Assembly (NCBI GenBank): GCA_038087875.1
Contig: JAXLNO010000437.1
Span: 1-33,107 of the forward strand
Reading direction: 5' to 3'
DNA from: Malacoraja senta
Taxonomy: Eukaryota
Length of the DNA stretch: 33,107 nucleotides
How positions within the stretch are numbered: the first letter of the stretch is position 1; every line of letters starts with the position of its first letter. Below the pieces are notes generated by a model, which ran no database searches, had not been told where the DNA came from, and saw nothing but the letters and a program-made list of their open reading frames with translations. The position numbers were made by a program, and so were the translations under genes. This document shows, in pieces, positions 10,185 through 20,083 of this stretch.

Positions 10185-10699
10185 ATTCATTCTTAAGGAT
10201 CGACTGGTCTGCCTGGCATGTGAGCTGTTTCCATCCATCGTCTGATGAATGGACAAGAGATGGGGGCTTCTAATGAAACTGCACTCCATTAGCTCTGCTC
10301 GGAAAGATTGCTCTCCACCAGAAAATGAATTGGGCTTTATTTTTTGTGTCCTCTGTGTTCCTCGAGATCATTCTCAACCCATTTGCTGGTCCTCTTCGCT
10401 GCCAAATCGAATCAGCCAGCAATGATTAGCTCTGCTCGCTTCTCCTTCCAGCTTGTGATTTGATTCCCTCGTTTCGCTCGATAGAGCCATTAGCTCCGAT
10501 AGAGTTTTGTAGCATTGAGTGAAAGCGTTTCTTCAGACACCCCTCCCGCGCGGCCAGCTGCGATCGCGTCCGCTCCACCGAGGGGACTCGGAGTGCAAGA
10601 GGGCTTTCATAACTTTGTCGGCAATCTAGACGTGGCCACTCTTTGCATACTTGTGCACCGCTGTGGGCATGTATGTAGTGCATGCACAAAATATTTCAC

Positions 10700-10980
10700 T
10701 GTGGAGGAAGGAGCTGCAGATGCTGCTTTAAACCGAAGACAGACACAAAAAGCTGGAGTAACTCAGCGGGGCAGGCAGCGTCTCTGGAGAGAAGGAACGG
10801 GTGACGTTTTGGGACGACGCCCTTCTTCAGACTGGTTAGGGATAAGGGAAACGAGAGATATAGACGGTGTTGTGGAGAGATAAAGAACAATAAATGAAAG
10901 ATATGCAAAAAAGTAAAGATGATAAAGGAAACGGGCCATTGTTAGCTGTTTGTAGGGTGAAAACAAGAAGCTGGTGCGAT
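10700..10980 (-). mobile_element. PLE 3' terminal region with degenerate hammerhead motif (~10800-10833)
   Basis: GAAGGAGCTGCAGATGCTG...GCTGGAGTAACTCAGCGGG...GGTGACGTTTTGGGACGACGCCCTTCTTCAGAC. Confidence 0.85.
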
Positions 10981-11032
10981 TAGCTCTGCAAATTTCACTG
11001 TACCAAGTACAGTGGGGTGGTGCAGTGGTAGA

Positions 11033-11387
11033 ACTTCTGCAGGTGCACAGTAGAGAGAATGCTGACCGGTTGCATCGTGGCTTGGTTCGGCAACTTGAGA
11101 GCCCTGGAGAGGAAAAGACTACAAAAAGTAGTAAACACTGCCCAGTCCATCATCGGCTCTGACCTCCCTTCCATCGAGGGGATCTATCGCAGTCGCTGCC
11201 TCAAAAAGGCTGGCAGCATCATCAAGGACCCACACCATCCTGGCCACACACTCATCTCCCCGCTACCTTCAGGTAGAAGGTACAGGAGCCTGAAGACTGC
11301 AACGACCAGGTTCAGGAATAGCTACTTCCTCACAGCCATCAGGCTATTAAACTTGGCTCGGACAAAACTATGAACATTAATAGCCCA
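11033..11387 (+). mobile_element. Rex1/Babar-type LINE: ORF end and start of 3' UTR (host of the DIRS)
   Basis: Open ORF 11059-11373 LTGCIVAWFGN...RLQKVVNTAQSIIG...KDPHHPGH...LPSGRRYRS...RNSYF..AIRLLN; UTR continues at 20084. Confidence 0.9.
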
Positions 11388-11451
11388 TTTTACTTCGGAG
11401 TCACTTGAGTGACTACGTGAAGAAGGGACGTCGGTCCGCATGCGCGTCATT
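11388..11451. repeat. DIRS left ITR
   Basis: 11388-11423 is the reverse complement of 19751-19786 (34/36); 11414-11451 is the reverse complement of 19975-20012 (36/38). Confidence 0.93.
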
Positions 11452-12032
11452 ACGTCTACCGCATTTCGCTACGTCGGTCTGGCAGGGCGCTGCTCCTGCC
11501 AGCGGTAAGTTTAAACCCCAAGGTAAGTTTTAAACTTACTTTCAGGTTATGTTCTTCTTTTGCAGGATTCCCTGTTTTCAGGGTTTTTCCTGCGGAAGTT
11601 GGGGGCGAAGTCCGGGCAGCCGCGGGGGAACCTTCATGGACCGCGGGCAACCCCAGTCACTGACCAGAGGGAATCCCGGTCATGCCCTCGGGGAATCCCG
11701 GAAACGGACCGCGGGAACCCGCTACGGAGACCGCGGGAATGCGGTAGCAGCGGCGGTCAAAATTCATTTTTTTTGAGTCGCTGGATGGAGCCAGCAGCTT
11801 CAGACTGGTGCCGGGAGCACCTAGGCACCCGCTTGGAGGGTAGCCACGATATAATATCTCCCAGAGCAGGGGAGCATTGGAAGAGGCCCCGTTGACTCAA
11901 ACAAGTCGGGCCAGGAGGATTCCTGATGGAGAGGATCCCCTCCTTCACGGGTAACGTCTTTGAACGTTCAAACCCACATGGAGCACCTGATGGAGAGGTG
12001 CTCCACAATGATATACTCCAAAGGAGGGAGTT

Positions 12033-12486
12033 ATAGAAACATAGAAACATAGAAAATAGGTGCAGGAGTAGGCCATTCGGCCCTTCGAGCCTGCACCGCC
12101 ATTCAATATGATCATGGCTGATCATCCAACTCAGTATCCCGTACCGGCCTTCTCTCCATACCCCCTGATCCCCTTAGCCACAAGGGCCACATCTAACTCC
12201 CTCTTAAATATAGCCAATGAACTGGCCTCAACTACCCTCTGTGGCAGAGAGTTCCAGAGATTCACCACTCTCTGTGTAAAAAAGTTTTTCCTCATCTCGG
12301 TCTTAAAGGATTTCCCCCTTATCCTTAAGCTGTGACCCCTTGTCCTGGACTTCCCCAACATCGGGAACAATCTTCCTGCATCTAGCCTGTCCAACCCCAT
12401 AAGAATTTTGTACGTTTCTATAAGATCCCCTCTCAATCTCCTAAATTCTAGCGAGTATAAGCCAAGTCTATCCAGTCTTTCTTCAT
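12033..12486 (-). mobile_element. Young 5'-truncated CR1 inserted in the DIRS gag region
   Basis: EERLDRLGLYSLEFRRLRGD...GEKAGTGY*; (CATAGAAA)n tail; near-identical to 14201-14655. Confidence 0.96.
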
Positions 12487-12615
12487 TATCACCACGGGTC
12501 CCCTTGGGGGGAGGCCACGGCAGCTGCACTATGTCTCCCTCTCTGAGGAGGGGAGCATTTGGAGTCAGCTCCTGTCTGACTCAGAGGAAAAAAAAGAGGG
12601 GGAAAAAATAAATAA

Positions 12616-12619
<4 letters not shown>

Positions 12620-12688
<69 letters not shown>
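12620..12688. repeat. (TA)n microsatellite, ~34 units
   Basis: Seen directly, with A-rich flanks. Confidence 0.99.
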
Positions 12689-12691
<3 letters not shown>

Positions 12692-13491
12692 ATAAATAAT
12701 AAAAAATAAAAAATAAAAAATCATGATATAGGTCCATAGAGGGGCCATGTCAGCGCAGGTATCCTCAGGGACCTGCGGCAGCACCTGTTTTCAGGGCTGC
12801 CTACGAATCTCCCTCTCTGTGGAGGGGAGTGCGAGTGGTCAGTGTGTAACTGATTTCAAATTCAAAGTATGTCCGTGGAACATACTGGAGCACATGCATA
12901 TGGCTCTAAGGAAATACTCGCAAACGAATGGGTTACTGCCGTGGGCAGAAAAACCAGGAGGGGCCAGAGTTTCCCCTCACGCTACAAGTGCCGGCAGTGA
13001 ACAGCGCTCTCAGGGGTGACATTGGAGGAAATGAAACCAGCCGCCGAATCTCTTCGGGTAAGACTTATCCAACAGATATACCTGGATGAGGAAGCAAAAG
13101 TTGACGGACTGATCAAGGTACCAACGACGAACAAAGCTTCATCACACCCCACGCCTTAAAGGCAGTAGCAGTTCACTGAAACAGGTGGCAGCTTGGTAGC
13201 TGGGCAAGGCTTTTCAGGCCAAGATCCAAACCGGTCAGGACATATGGAATCCTCATACACTACCATTCCTACTCTCCAATCAAGGACGGGAATAGAACCC
13301 ACATAAGGGCTGTTGGGCTTACCACAGACCACAGGTAACCACGGAGGTAGGTGGGTTTGGTTCCTCCTAAACATGGGGAAGTGGACCATTTACAAATTGG
13401 TATTGACAAATTTTTGTACAAATGAAAGATAACATGAGATTGGGTCATTATTGCACAGTTTGCTAGGATACCAAGCTTGGCTTGGAATTGG

Positions 13492-13710
13492 GGCCAGAGT
13501 TGTCTTTTGAGGCAGGCTCAGTATTACGGCCAGGATTGCCTTCCGAGACTAGCTCGGAAATTGGCCAGAGTTGTCTTTCAAGACAGGCTCAGAATTATGG
13601 TCGCAGTGCCTTCCTAGCCAGGCCCAGTGTGATGGCCAGGGTCACCTTTCGAGACAGACCCGGGGAAGCTGGCCAGAGTTGTCAACTCAAGGGGCACGTA
13701 TTATGGCAGG
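13492..13710. repeat. Degenerate 35-37-bp minisatellite, ~6 units
   Basis: GGCCAG-type unit starts at 13492, 13528, 13563, 13599, 13634 and 13671. Confidence 0.8.
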
Positions 13711-13759
13711 CGTGGCCTGTTCATTATGAATGATGGAGGATGTCAGTTTAAAATTGATT

Positions 13760-14198
13760 TAACTAGCATGTGCAACATAGATTCTTCAGTATATGGAACT
13801 TCGTTACTGTCTAACAAACCGTTTCTTTAGGATCTTTATGGCATGCATCTATTTCAAAGTTGAATACTATTCAGGTCCCATTTACAGGAATCCCAGGAGA
13901 CATTTGGATTTCAGGATGGGACTATGATAATGGTTATGCTTTACTGTGGTCTATTTCAGCTCCCAGGTTATCTACCAAATTGCTGGGACTGCTCAGAGCT
14001 CAAAAATCACTTGTTATGGCTTAACTGGATGATATTCTAAACGCTGTTTTTGCTAAAATCAACTGTTTTCAGCCGCAACTATATTTAAGAAATTGAGGTT
14101 CCTCCAGTTAATTAAGTTGATACCAACTACAGTTATTGGTTATTCGGTATTACCGTTAACTATTCATTATCTGTGACTCTGCCCTGGGGCAAGAGATT
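13760..14198 (+). pseudogene. DIRS reverse transcriptase remnant (continues after ~17586)
   Basis: FMACIYFKVEYYSGPI (~FMASIDLKDAYYSVPI) and SAPRLSTKLL..LRAQ..LVMA*LDDIL; the Tyr of YLDD is now TAA at 14022-14024. Confidence 0.85.
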
Positions 14199-14298
14199 AT
14201 ATAGATACATAGATACATAGAAAATAGGTGCAGGAGTAGGCCATTCGGCCCTTCGAGCCTGCACCGCCATTCAATATGATCATGGCTGATCATCCAAC

Positions 14299-17200
14299 TC
14301 AGTATCCCGTACCTGCCTTCTCTCCATACCCCCTGATCCCCTTAGCCACAAGGGCCACATCTAACTCCCTCTTAAATATAGCCAATGAACTGGCCTCAAC
14401 TACCCTCTGTGGCAGAGAGTTCCAGAGATTCACCACTCTCTGTGTGAAAAAGTTTTTCCTCATCTCGGTCTTAAAGGATTTCCCCCTTATCCTTAAGCTG
14501 TGACCCCTTGTCCTGGACTTCCCCAACATCGGGAACAATCTTCCTGCATCTAGCCTGTCCAACCCCATAAGAATTTTGTACGTTTCTATAAGATCCCCTC
14601 TCAATCTCCTAAATTCTAGCGAGTATAAGCCAAGTCTATCCAGTCTTTCTTCATATGAAAGTCCTGACATCCCAGGAATCAGTCTGGTGAACCTTCTCTG
14701 CACTCCCTCTATGGCTATAATGTCCTTCCTCAGATTTGGAGACCAAAACTGTACGCAATACTCCAGGGTACACAAAAATGCTGGAGAAACTCAGCGGGTG
14801 CAGCAGCATCTATGGAGCGAAGGAAATAGGTAACGTTTCGGGCCGAAACCCTTCTTCTTCAGTTTCGGCCCGAAACGTTACCTATTTCCTTCACTCCATA
14901 GATGCTGCTGCACCCGCTGAGTTTCTCCAGCATTTTTGTGTACCTTCGATTTTCCAGCATCTGAAGTTCCTTCTTTAACGCAATACTCCAGGTGTGGTCT
15001 CACCAAGACCCTGTACAACTGCAGTAGAACCTCCCTGCTCCTATACTCAAATCCTCTTGCTATGAAGGCCAACATACCATTCGCTTTCTTCACTGCCTGC
15101 TGCATCTGCATGCCTACTTTCAATGACTGGTGTACCATGACACCCAGGTCTCGCTGCATCTCCCCATTTCCTAATCGGCCACCATTTAGATAATAGTCTG
15201 CCTTCCCGTTTTTGCCACCAAAGTGGATAACCTCACATTTATCCACATTATACTGCATCTGCCAAACATTTGCCCACTCACCCAGCCTATCCAAGTCACC
15301 TTGCAGTCTCCTAGCATCCTCCTCACAGCTAACACTGCCCCCCAGCTTATTGTCATCCGCAAACTTGGAGATGTTGCTTTCAATTCCCTCGTCCAGATCA
15401 TTAATATAAATTGTAAATAGCTGGGGTCCCAGCACTGAGCCTTGCGGTACCCCACTAGTCACTGCCTGCCATTGTGAAAAGGACCCGTTTACTCCTGCTC
15501 TTTGCTTCCTGTTTGCCAGCCAGTTCTCTATCCACATCAATACTGAATCCCCAATACCGTGTGATTTAAGTTTGTATCCTAATCTCTTATGTGGTACCTT
15601 GTCGAAAGCCTTCTGAAAGTCCAGATACAACACATCCACTGGTTCTCCCCTATCCACTCTACTAGTTACATCCTCGAAAAATTCTATAAGATTCGTCAGA
15701 CACGATTTACCTTTCGTAAATCCATGCTGACTTTGTCCAATGATTTCACCACTTTCCAAATGTGCTGCTATCCCATCTTTAATAACTGACTCTAGCAGTT
15801 TCCCCACTACCGATGTTAGACTAACTGGTCTGTAATTCCCCGTTTTCTCTCTCCCTCCCTTCTTAAAAAGTGGGGTTACGTTTGCTACCCTCCAATCCTC
15901 AGGAACTACTCCAGAATCTAAAGAGTTTTGAAAAATTAGCACTAATGCATCCACTATTTCTGGAGCTACTTCCTTAAGTACTCTGGGATGCAGCCTATCT
16001 GGCCCTGGTGATTTATCGGCCTTTAATCCATTCAATTTACCCAACACCACTTCCCGACTAACCTGGATTGCACTCAGTTCCTCCATCTCCTTTGACCCGC
16101 GGCCCCCTGCTATTTCCGGCAGATTATTTATGTCTTCCTTAGTGAAGACGGAACCAAAGTAGTTATTCGATTGGTCCGCCATATCCTTGTTCCCCATGAT
16201 CAATTCACCTGTTTCTGACTGCAAGGGACCTACATTTGTTTTAACTAATCTCTTTCTCTTCACATATCTATAAAAACTTTTGCAGTCAGTTTTTATGTTC
16301 CTTGCCAGTTTCATTTCATAATCTATTTTCCCTTTCCTAATTAAGCCCTTTGTCCTCCTCTGCTGGTCTCTGAATTTCTCCCAGTCCTCTGGTATGCTGC
16401 TTTTTCTGGCTAATTTGTACGCATCATCTTTTGCTTTGATACTATCCCTGATTTCCCTTGTTATCCACGGATGCACTACCTTCCCTGATTTATTCTTTTG
16501 CCAAACTGGGATGAACAATTTTTGTAGTTCATCCATGCAGTCTTTAAATGCCTTCCATTGCATATCCACCGTCAACCCTTTTAGAACTAATTGCCAGTCA
16601 ATCTTGGCCAATTCACGTCTCATACCCTCAAAGTTACCTTTCTTTAAGTTCAGAACCGTTGTTTCTGAATTAACAATGTCACTCTCCATCCTAATGAAGA
16701 ACTCAACCATATTATGGTCACTCTTGCCCAAGGGGGCACGCACAACAAGTCTGCTAACTAACCCTTCCTCATTACTCAATACCCAGTCTAGAATAGCCTG
16801 CTCTCTTGTTGATTCCTCTACATGTTGGTTTAGATAACTATCCCTCATACATTCCAAGAAATCCTCTTCCTCAGCACCCCTGCCAATTTGATTCACCCAA
16901 TCTATATGTAGATTGAAGTCACCCATTATAACTGTTTTGCCTTTGTTGCACGCATTTCTAATTTCCTGTTTGATGCCATCCCCAACTTCACTACTACTGC
17001 TAGGTGGCCTGTACACAACACCCACCAGCGTTTTCTGCCCCTTAGAGTTTCGCAGCTCTACCCATGCCGATTCCACATCCTCCAAGCTAATGTCCTTCCT
17101 TTCCACTGCGTTAATCTCCTCTCTAACCAGCAACGCTACCCCACCTCCTTTTCCTTTCTCTCTATCCCTCCTGAATATTGAATATCCCTGGATGTTCAGC

Positions 17201-17433
17201 TCCCAGCCTTGGTCACCCTGGAGACATGTCTCCGTGATCCCAACTATATCATAATCATTAATAACTATCTGCACGTTCAACTCATCCACCTTATTACGAA
17301 TGCTCCTTGCATTGAGACACAAAGCCTTCAGGCTTGTTTTTACAACGCTCTTACCCCTTATACAATTATGTTGAAAAGTGGCTCTTTTTGATTTTTGCCC
17401 TGGATTTGTCTGCCTGCCACTTTTACTTTTCAC
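14299..17433 (-). pseudogene. CR1 ORF2 (APE endonuclease + RT), 969 codons once the insertion is removed
   Basis: NARS, GITET, YRPP, GDFN, SDH, then [27 protein letters not shown]. ORFs 14878-17433 and 14299-14775 share a frame and join at LEYCV. Confidence 0.95.
14768..14977 (+). mobile_element. Fold-back mini PLE insertion 1
   Basis: TSD ACGCAATACTCCAGG (14753-14767, 14978-14992); 83-bp inverted arms 14767-14849/14862-14944 with 1 mismatch; 33-nt tail. Confidence 0.93.
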
Positions 17434-17585
17434 CTCGCTACCTATTTTTTTCTGCCCGCATTTTACACCCCTCTGTTTCTCTGCTCACCCATTTAAGAAC
17501 CCCACCACCTCTTATTCTCTGTTTATTATTGTTTTCTTCTTCCCCCCCTACATGTTGGGTCTGAGTGCTTTCCTTCTCTGCCTTG

Positions 17586-18110
17586 GAATCAATAGAAGCC
17601 TGTAACAATCTTGTTATCAAGCAGTCTTCTATTCATCAAGTGTAAATTGGCAATATAGCAGCTGTGTTTCGGCTGTGCAATTGGTAACGGATCTATGCTT
17701 TTACCAGCTGAAGCCACCAAAGCCACAATGGTGGACGAACAATATTCAGCATTGCTCCAGTAGTTGGTCAACAAATCTTCAGTTATTACTAACTGATGCA
17801 AATGCTCTAAGATGCGAAATTACGAATGCCATCTCTAGTTATGGAGACGAATGAGATTTGCATGAATTACCAATTCTTCAGTTATTGGTATCAACTACCT
17901 ATAGACACTAGGTGCATACTATGGGTTAAAGGGTTATTGTGCGGATATGCATGCTCAGTTCCACGTTGGTACACTGTGGTGGTGGCATTTGTTTGTCACA
18001 TGGGTGCAATCAAGCCAAAGTATCCTGGCATATTTACCCAACCTTATTTGGCGTTGGTGTATCATCACGTAGAATCAATGACTACACAGAATGGATGTTG
18101 GATCACTAGT
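17586..18110 (+). pseudogene. DIRS RT C-terminus / RNase H remnant
   Basis: PSLVMET... and TVVVAFVCHMGAIK (~DNTTVVAYINHMGG); heavily degraded. Confidence 0.6.
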
Positions 18111-18115
18111 ATTTT

Positions 18116-18400
18116 ATGACATCGTGGCTCTATGGAACACCGAATATCGATATGTTCGCATCCAGGCTCTTTCACCGGTTGCAAGACATCTGGCATGACA
18201 GTGGCGAGAGATACATTCTCGCTACATGGAGGAATGTTCTTTTATGTCGTTGCTCTATTTTGCCTCATCAGTCGGGTCTTGCAACAAATTCAGCAAGATC
18301 CCGCTTCAGGGGTTTTCCTTCTGTCTGACTGGCCTATGTAGCCATGGTTTCCCGCAATGTTGGGAATCATAGTAGAAGCCTATATGGGGTTTCTAAACAT
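18116..18400 (+). pseudogene. DIRS Dam-like methyltransferase domain remnant
   Basis: YGTPNIDMFASRL..., then FYVVALFCLISRVLQQIQQD..GVFLLSDWPM*PWFP (~DLFAS / YAFPPF / P.WP.Q.WF). Confidence 0.8.
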
Positions 18401-18479
18401 AAACTTTGCTGGTTCAGCCTGGGACTCGGGGAACCAGCCTCTGCATGATTAATCAATTCATTGCCTTACAGAATATGAG

Positions 18480-19510
18480 AAGACAACCCCTGCGTCTCGG
18501 GATGTCAGACCGATCCATGTATGTGCTCACTGCAGTGTGCAGGGATAGCACCAGCAAAGCAGTACATTTCCTCTTCAGGAGATGGGAAGCATTTCTGTTT
18601 AAACGCTATGTTACATATAAATACGGCACGGACACTGACGTCTTAAAGTTCATTTTTCAATGGGGCCTTGACAATAATTAAGTTATAGTCCCATCAACTG
18701 TGCCAACGTGCTTCTCATCATATTTGCTGCAGCGAGCGGGACCCAGCTCTGTCAGGTCTCACCCTCTGATTCCAGTTTATTAGGATATCTTTACACAAGT
18801 TCTCCCAGACCCAAGTACATGGAAGTATGGGATTTATATAATGATATATGGACACACTGATCTGTTTTGTAGTCAATGCCTTCTGTGTTCTGTTGTGCTG
18901 AAGCAAAACGGGAGTTTCATTGTCCTATCAGGGACACTTGAACTTGAACTTGAACTTGACATTGTGTTAACACTACTTTACCAGGAGGCTCCAGCTATAT
19001 CCTTATCATTGGCTCGGCTCTCACAAGGTAGTATCCCTTTGGCGCTGTCCTCAGCGCAACGGGTCCAGTCATTACATAAATTGCGACTGGACAGGATGGT
19101 TACACCTGCTAATAATTTAATATTTTGTGTTTATGATCAGTTAAGCAGGGCAGCCAGTGTGTCAGGTCTCAAACTAGTTCTCATGGCATACCCCATGCAC
19201 CTTCGTTTATGTGTGGTCACACGTTTACAACATTACATCTAGATCACCTAGAGCCTTGGAGGCTCTCATACTACCTATGTAGTTAGTTACTAAAAACCTC
19301 ATAAGAAGGTATCAGTTCAGACCACTTCCAGGTGGTTATATGGGGTTCTGGCTCATACAGGAGTAGATACAAATTCTAATTTTCAAATCTCACTCCACCA
19401 GGGCTGCTACTACATCAGCAGCAAGGGTTATGTATGGTCCTCTGGACCACATCCTGCCGACTGCAGGATGGTCTAGGGAACGAGTTTTCCAAACATTTTA
19501 TTTTAACCCA
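18480..19510 (+). pseudogene. DIRS tyrosine recombinase remnant
   Basis: RPKYMEVWD|DIVL, ALSSAQRVQSLHKL, KPHKKVSVQTTSRW, FKSHSTRAA (HSTR 19391-19402), AGWSRERVFQTFY; stops and frameshifts. Confidence 0.9.
18834..18958 (+). mobile_element. Rex1-type LINE 3' end inserted in the DIRS YR gene
   Basis: Matches 20131-20276 (ATATGGACACACTGATCTGTTTTGTAGTCAATGC...TTTCATTGTCCTATCAGGGACAC); (CTTGAA)n tail. Confidence 0.9.
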
Positions 19511-19750
19511 TTGCCAGACATGGGGTATTTGCCAACTCTATTTTAGGTTCTATTTTATAGTTTCTCCCCCGGATGAGAGGGGTTACTATTATTATTATTT
19601 GTTCATTTATCAGCATCAGCATCAGCATGTTTTAAAACTATGTCATGTCTGAATCCATTATTTATGTTTACCCTTACCTGTGGTAAACTGAGGCAGTCGT
19701 GATTGTGTGGGCTCGTTTTTTCCATGGCATGAAATCACAGAGCTTTAAAA

Positions 19751-19860
19751 TCTTCACGTAGTCAATCATGTGACTCCGAAGTAAAATAGTAAGATTAAAC
19801 GAGAACTTACCAGTTTGAAGTTTGATCTTGATTTTATGAGGAGTTACGATGAGCGATTAC
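19751..19860. repeat. DIRS internal complementary region (ICR)
   Basis: Complement of the left end (19751-19786) directly abuts the complement of the right end (19787-19860 vs 20010-20083, 72/74). Confidence 0.95.
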
Positions 19861-19974
19861 ATACCCCCCCGCTCCCTCCCTCATATTATCAAGGTCACCT
19901 GGTAGTTCCAGTTCTCAATCTTACTATCCTCAGGTCTTTTCTCTTTTCTGTGATTTCACACCGCTGCTTTGAAG

Positions 19975-20083
19975 AATGACGCGCATGCGGCCTGACGTCC
20001 CTTCTTCACGTAATCGCTCATCGTAACTCCTCATAAAATCAAGATCATACTTCAAACTGGTAAGTTCTCATTTAATCTTACTA
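19975..20083. repeat. DIRS right ITR plus right extension
   Basis: Inverted to the left ITR and to the ICR. Confidence 0.93.

Larger units (their letters stand above)
14201..17585 (-). mobile_element. Young CR1 LINE with complete ORF2, inserted in the DIRS RT
   Basis: APE endonuclease, RT, 3' UTR and (TATCTATG)n tail; 5' limit approximate. Confidence 0.97.
11388..20083 (+). mobile_element. DIRS1-like tyrosine-recombinase retrotransposon, full extent, coding-dead, with nested insertions
   Basis: Left ITR, ICR, and right ITR with extension are all present; RT, RNase H, MT and YR remnants occur in canonical order; ATT at both junctions. Confidence 0.93.

Noticed and set aside
12108..12335. Recurrent MIMADHPTQYPVPAFSPYP ORFs as a gene family
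   Set aside because: They are antisense frames of CR1 3' ends.
12489..12784. ORFs with long IYIYIY tracts
   Set aside because: They are translations of the (TA)n microsatellite.
13492..13710. CRISPR array suggested by the ~36-bp periodicity
   Set aside because: Units are contiguous and degenerate with no unique spacers, there are no cas genes, and the context is a eukaryotic TE.
14768..14977. Fold-back as a MITE or miRNA gene
   Set aside because: The asymmetric tail, 15-bp TSD, variable turn point and identity to the PLE terminus point to retrotransposition; there is no expression evidence for a miRNA.
14878..14992. Novel C-terminus (KEGTSDAGK...) on the 851-aa ORF
   Set aside because: It is read-through into the fold-back insertion.
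17438..17620. CR1 ORF1
   Set aside because: It is short, crosses the element boundary, and shows no esterase or zinc-finger motif; the copy seems truncated just upstream of ORF2.
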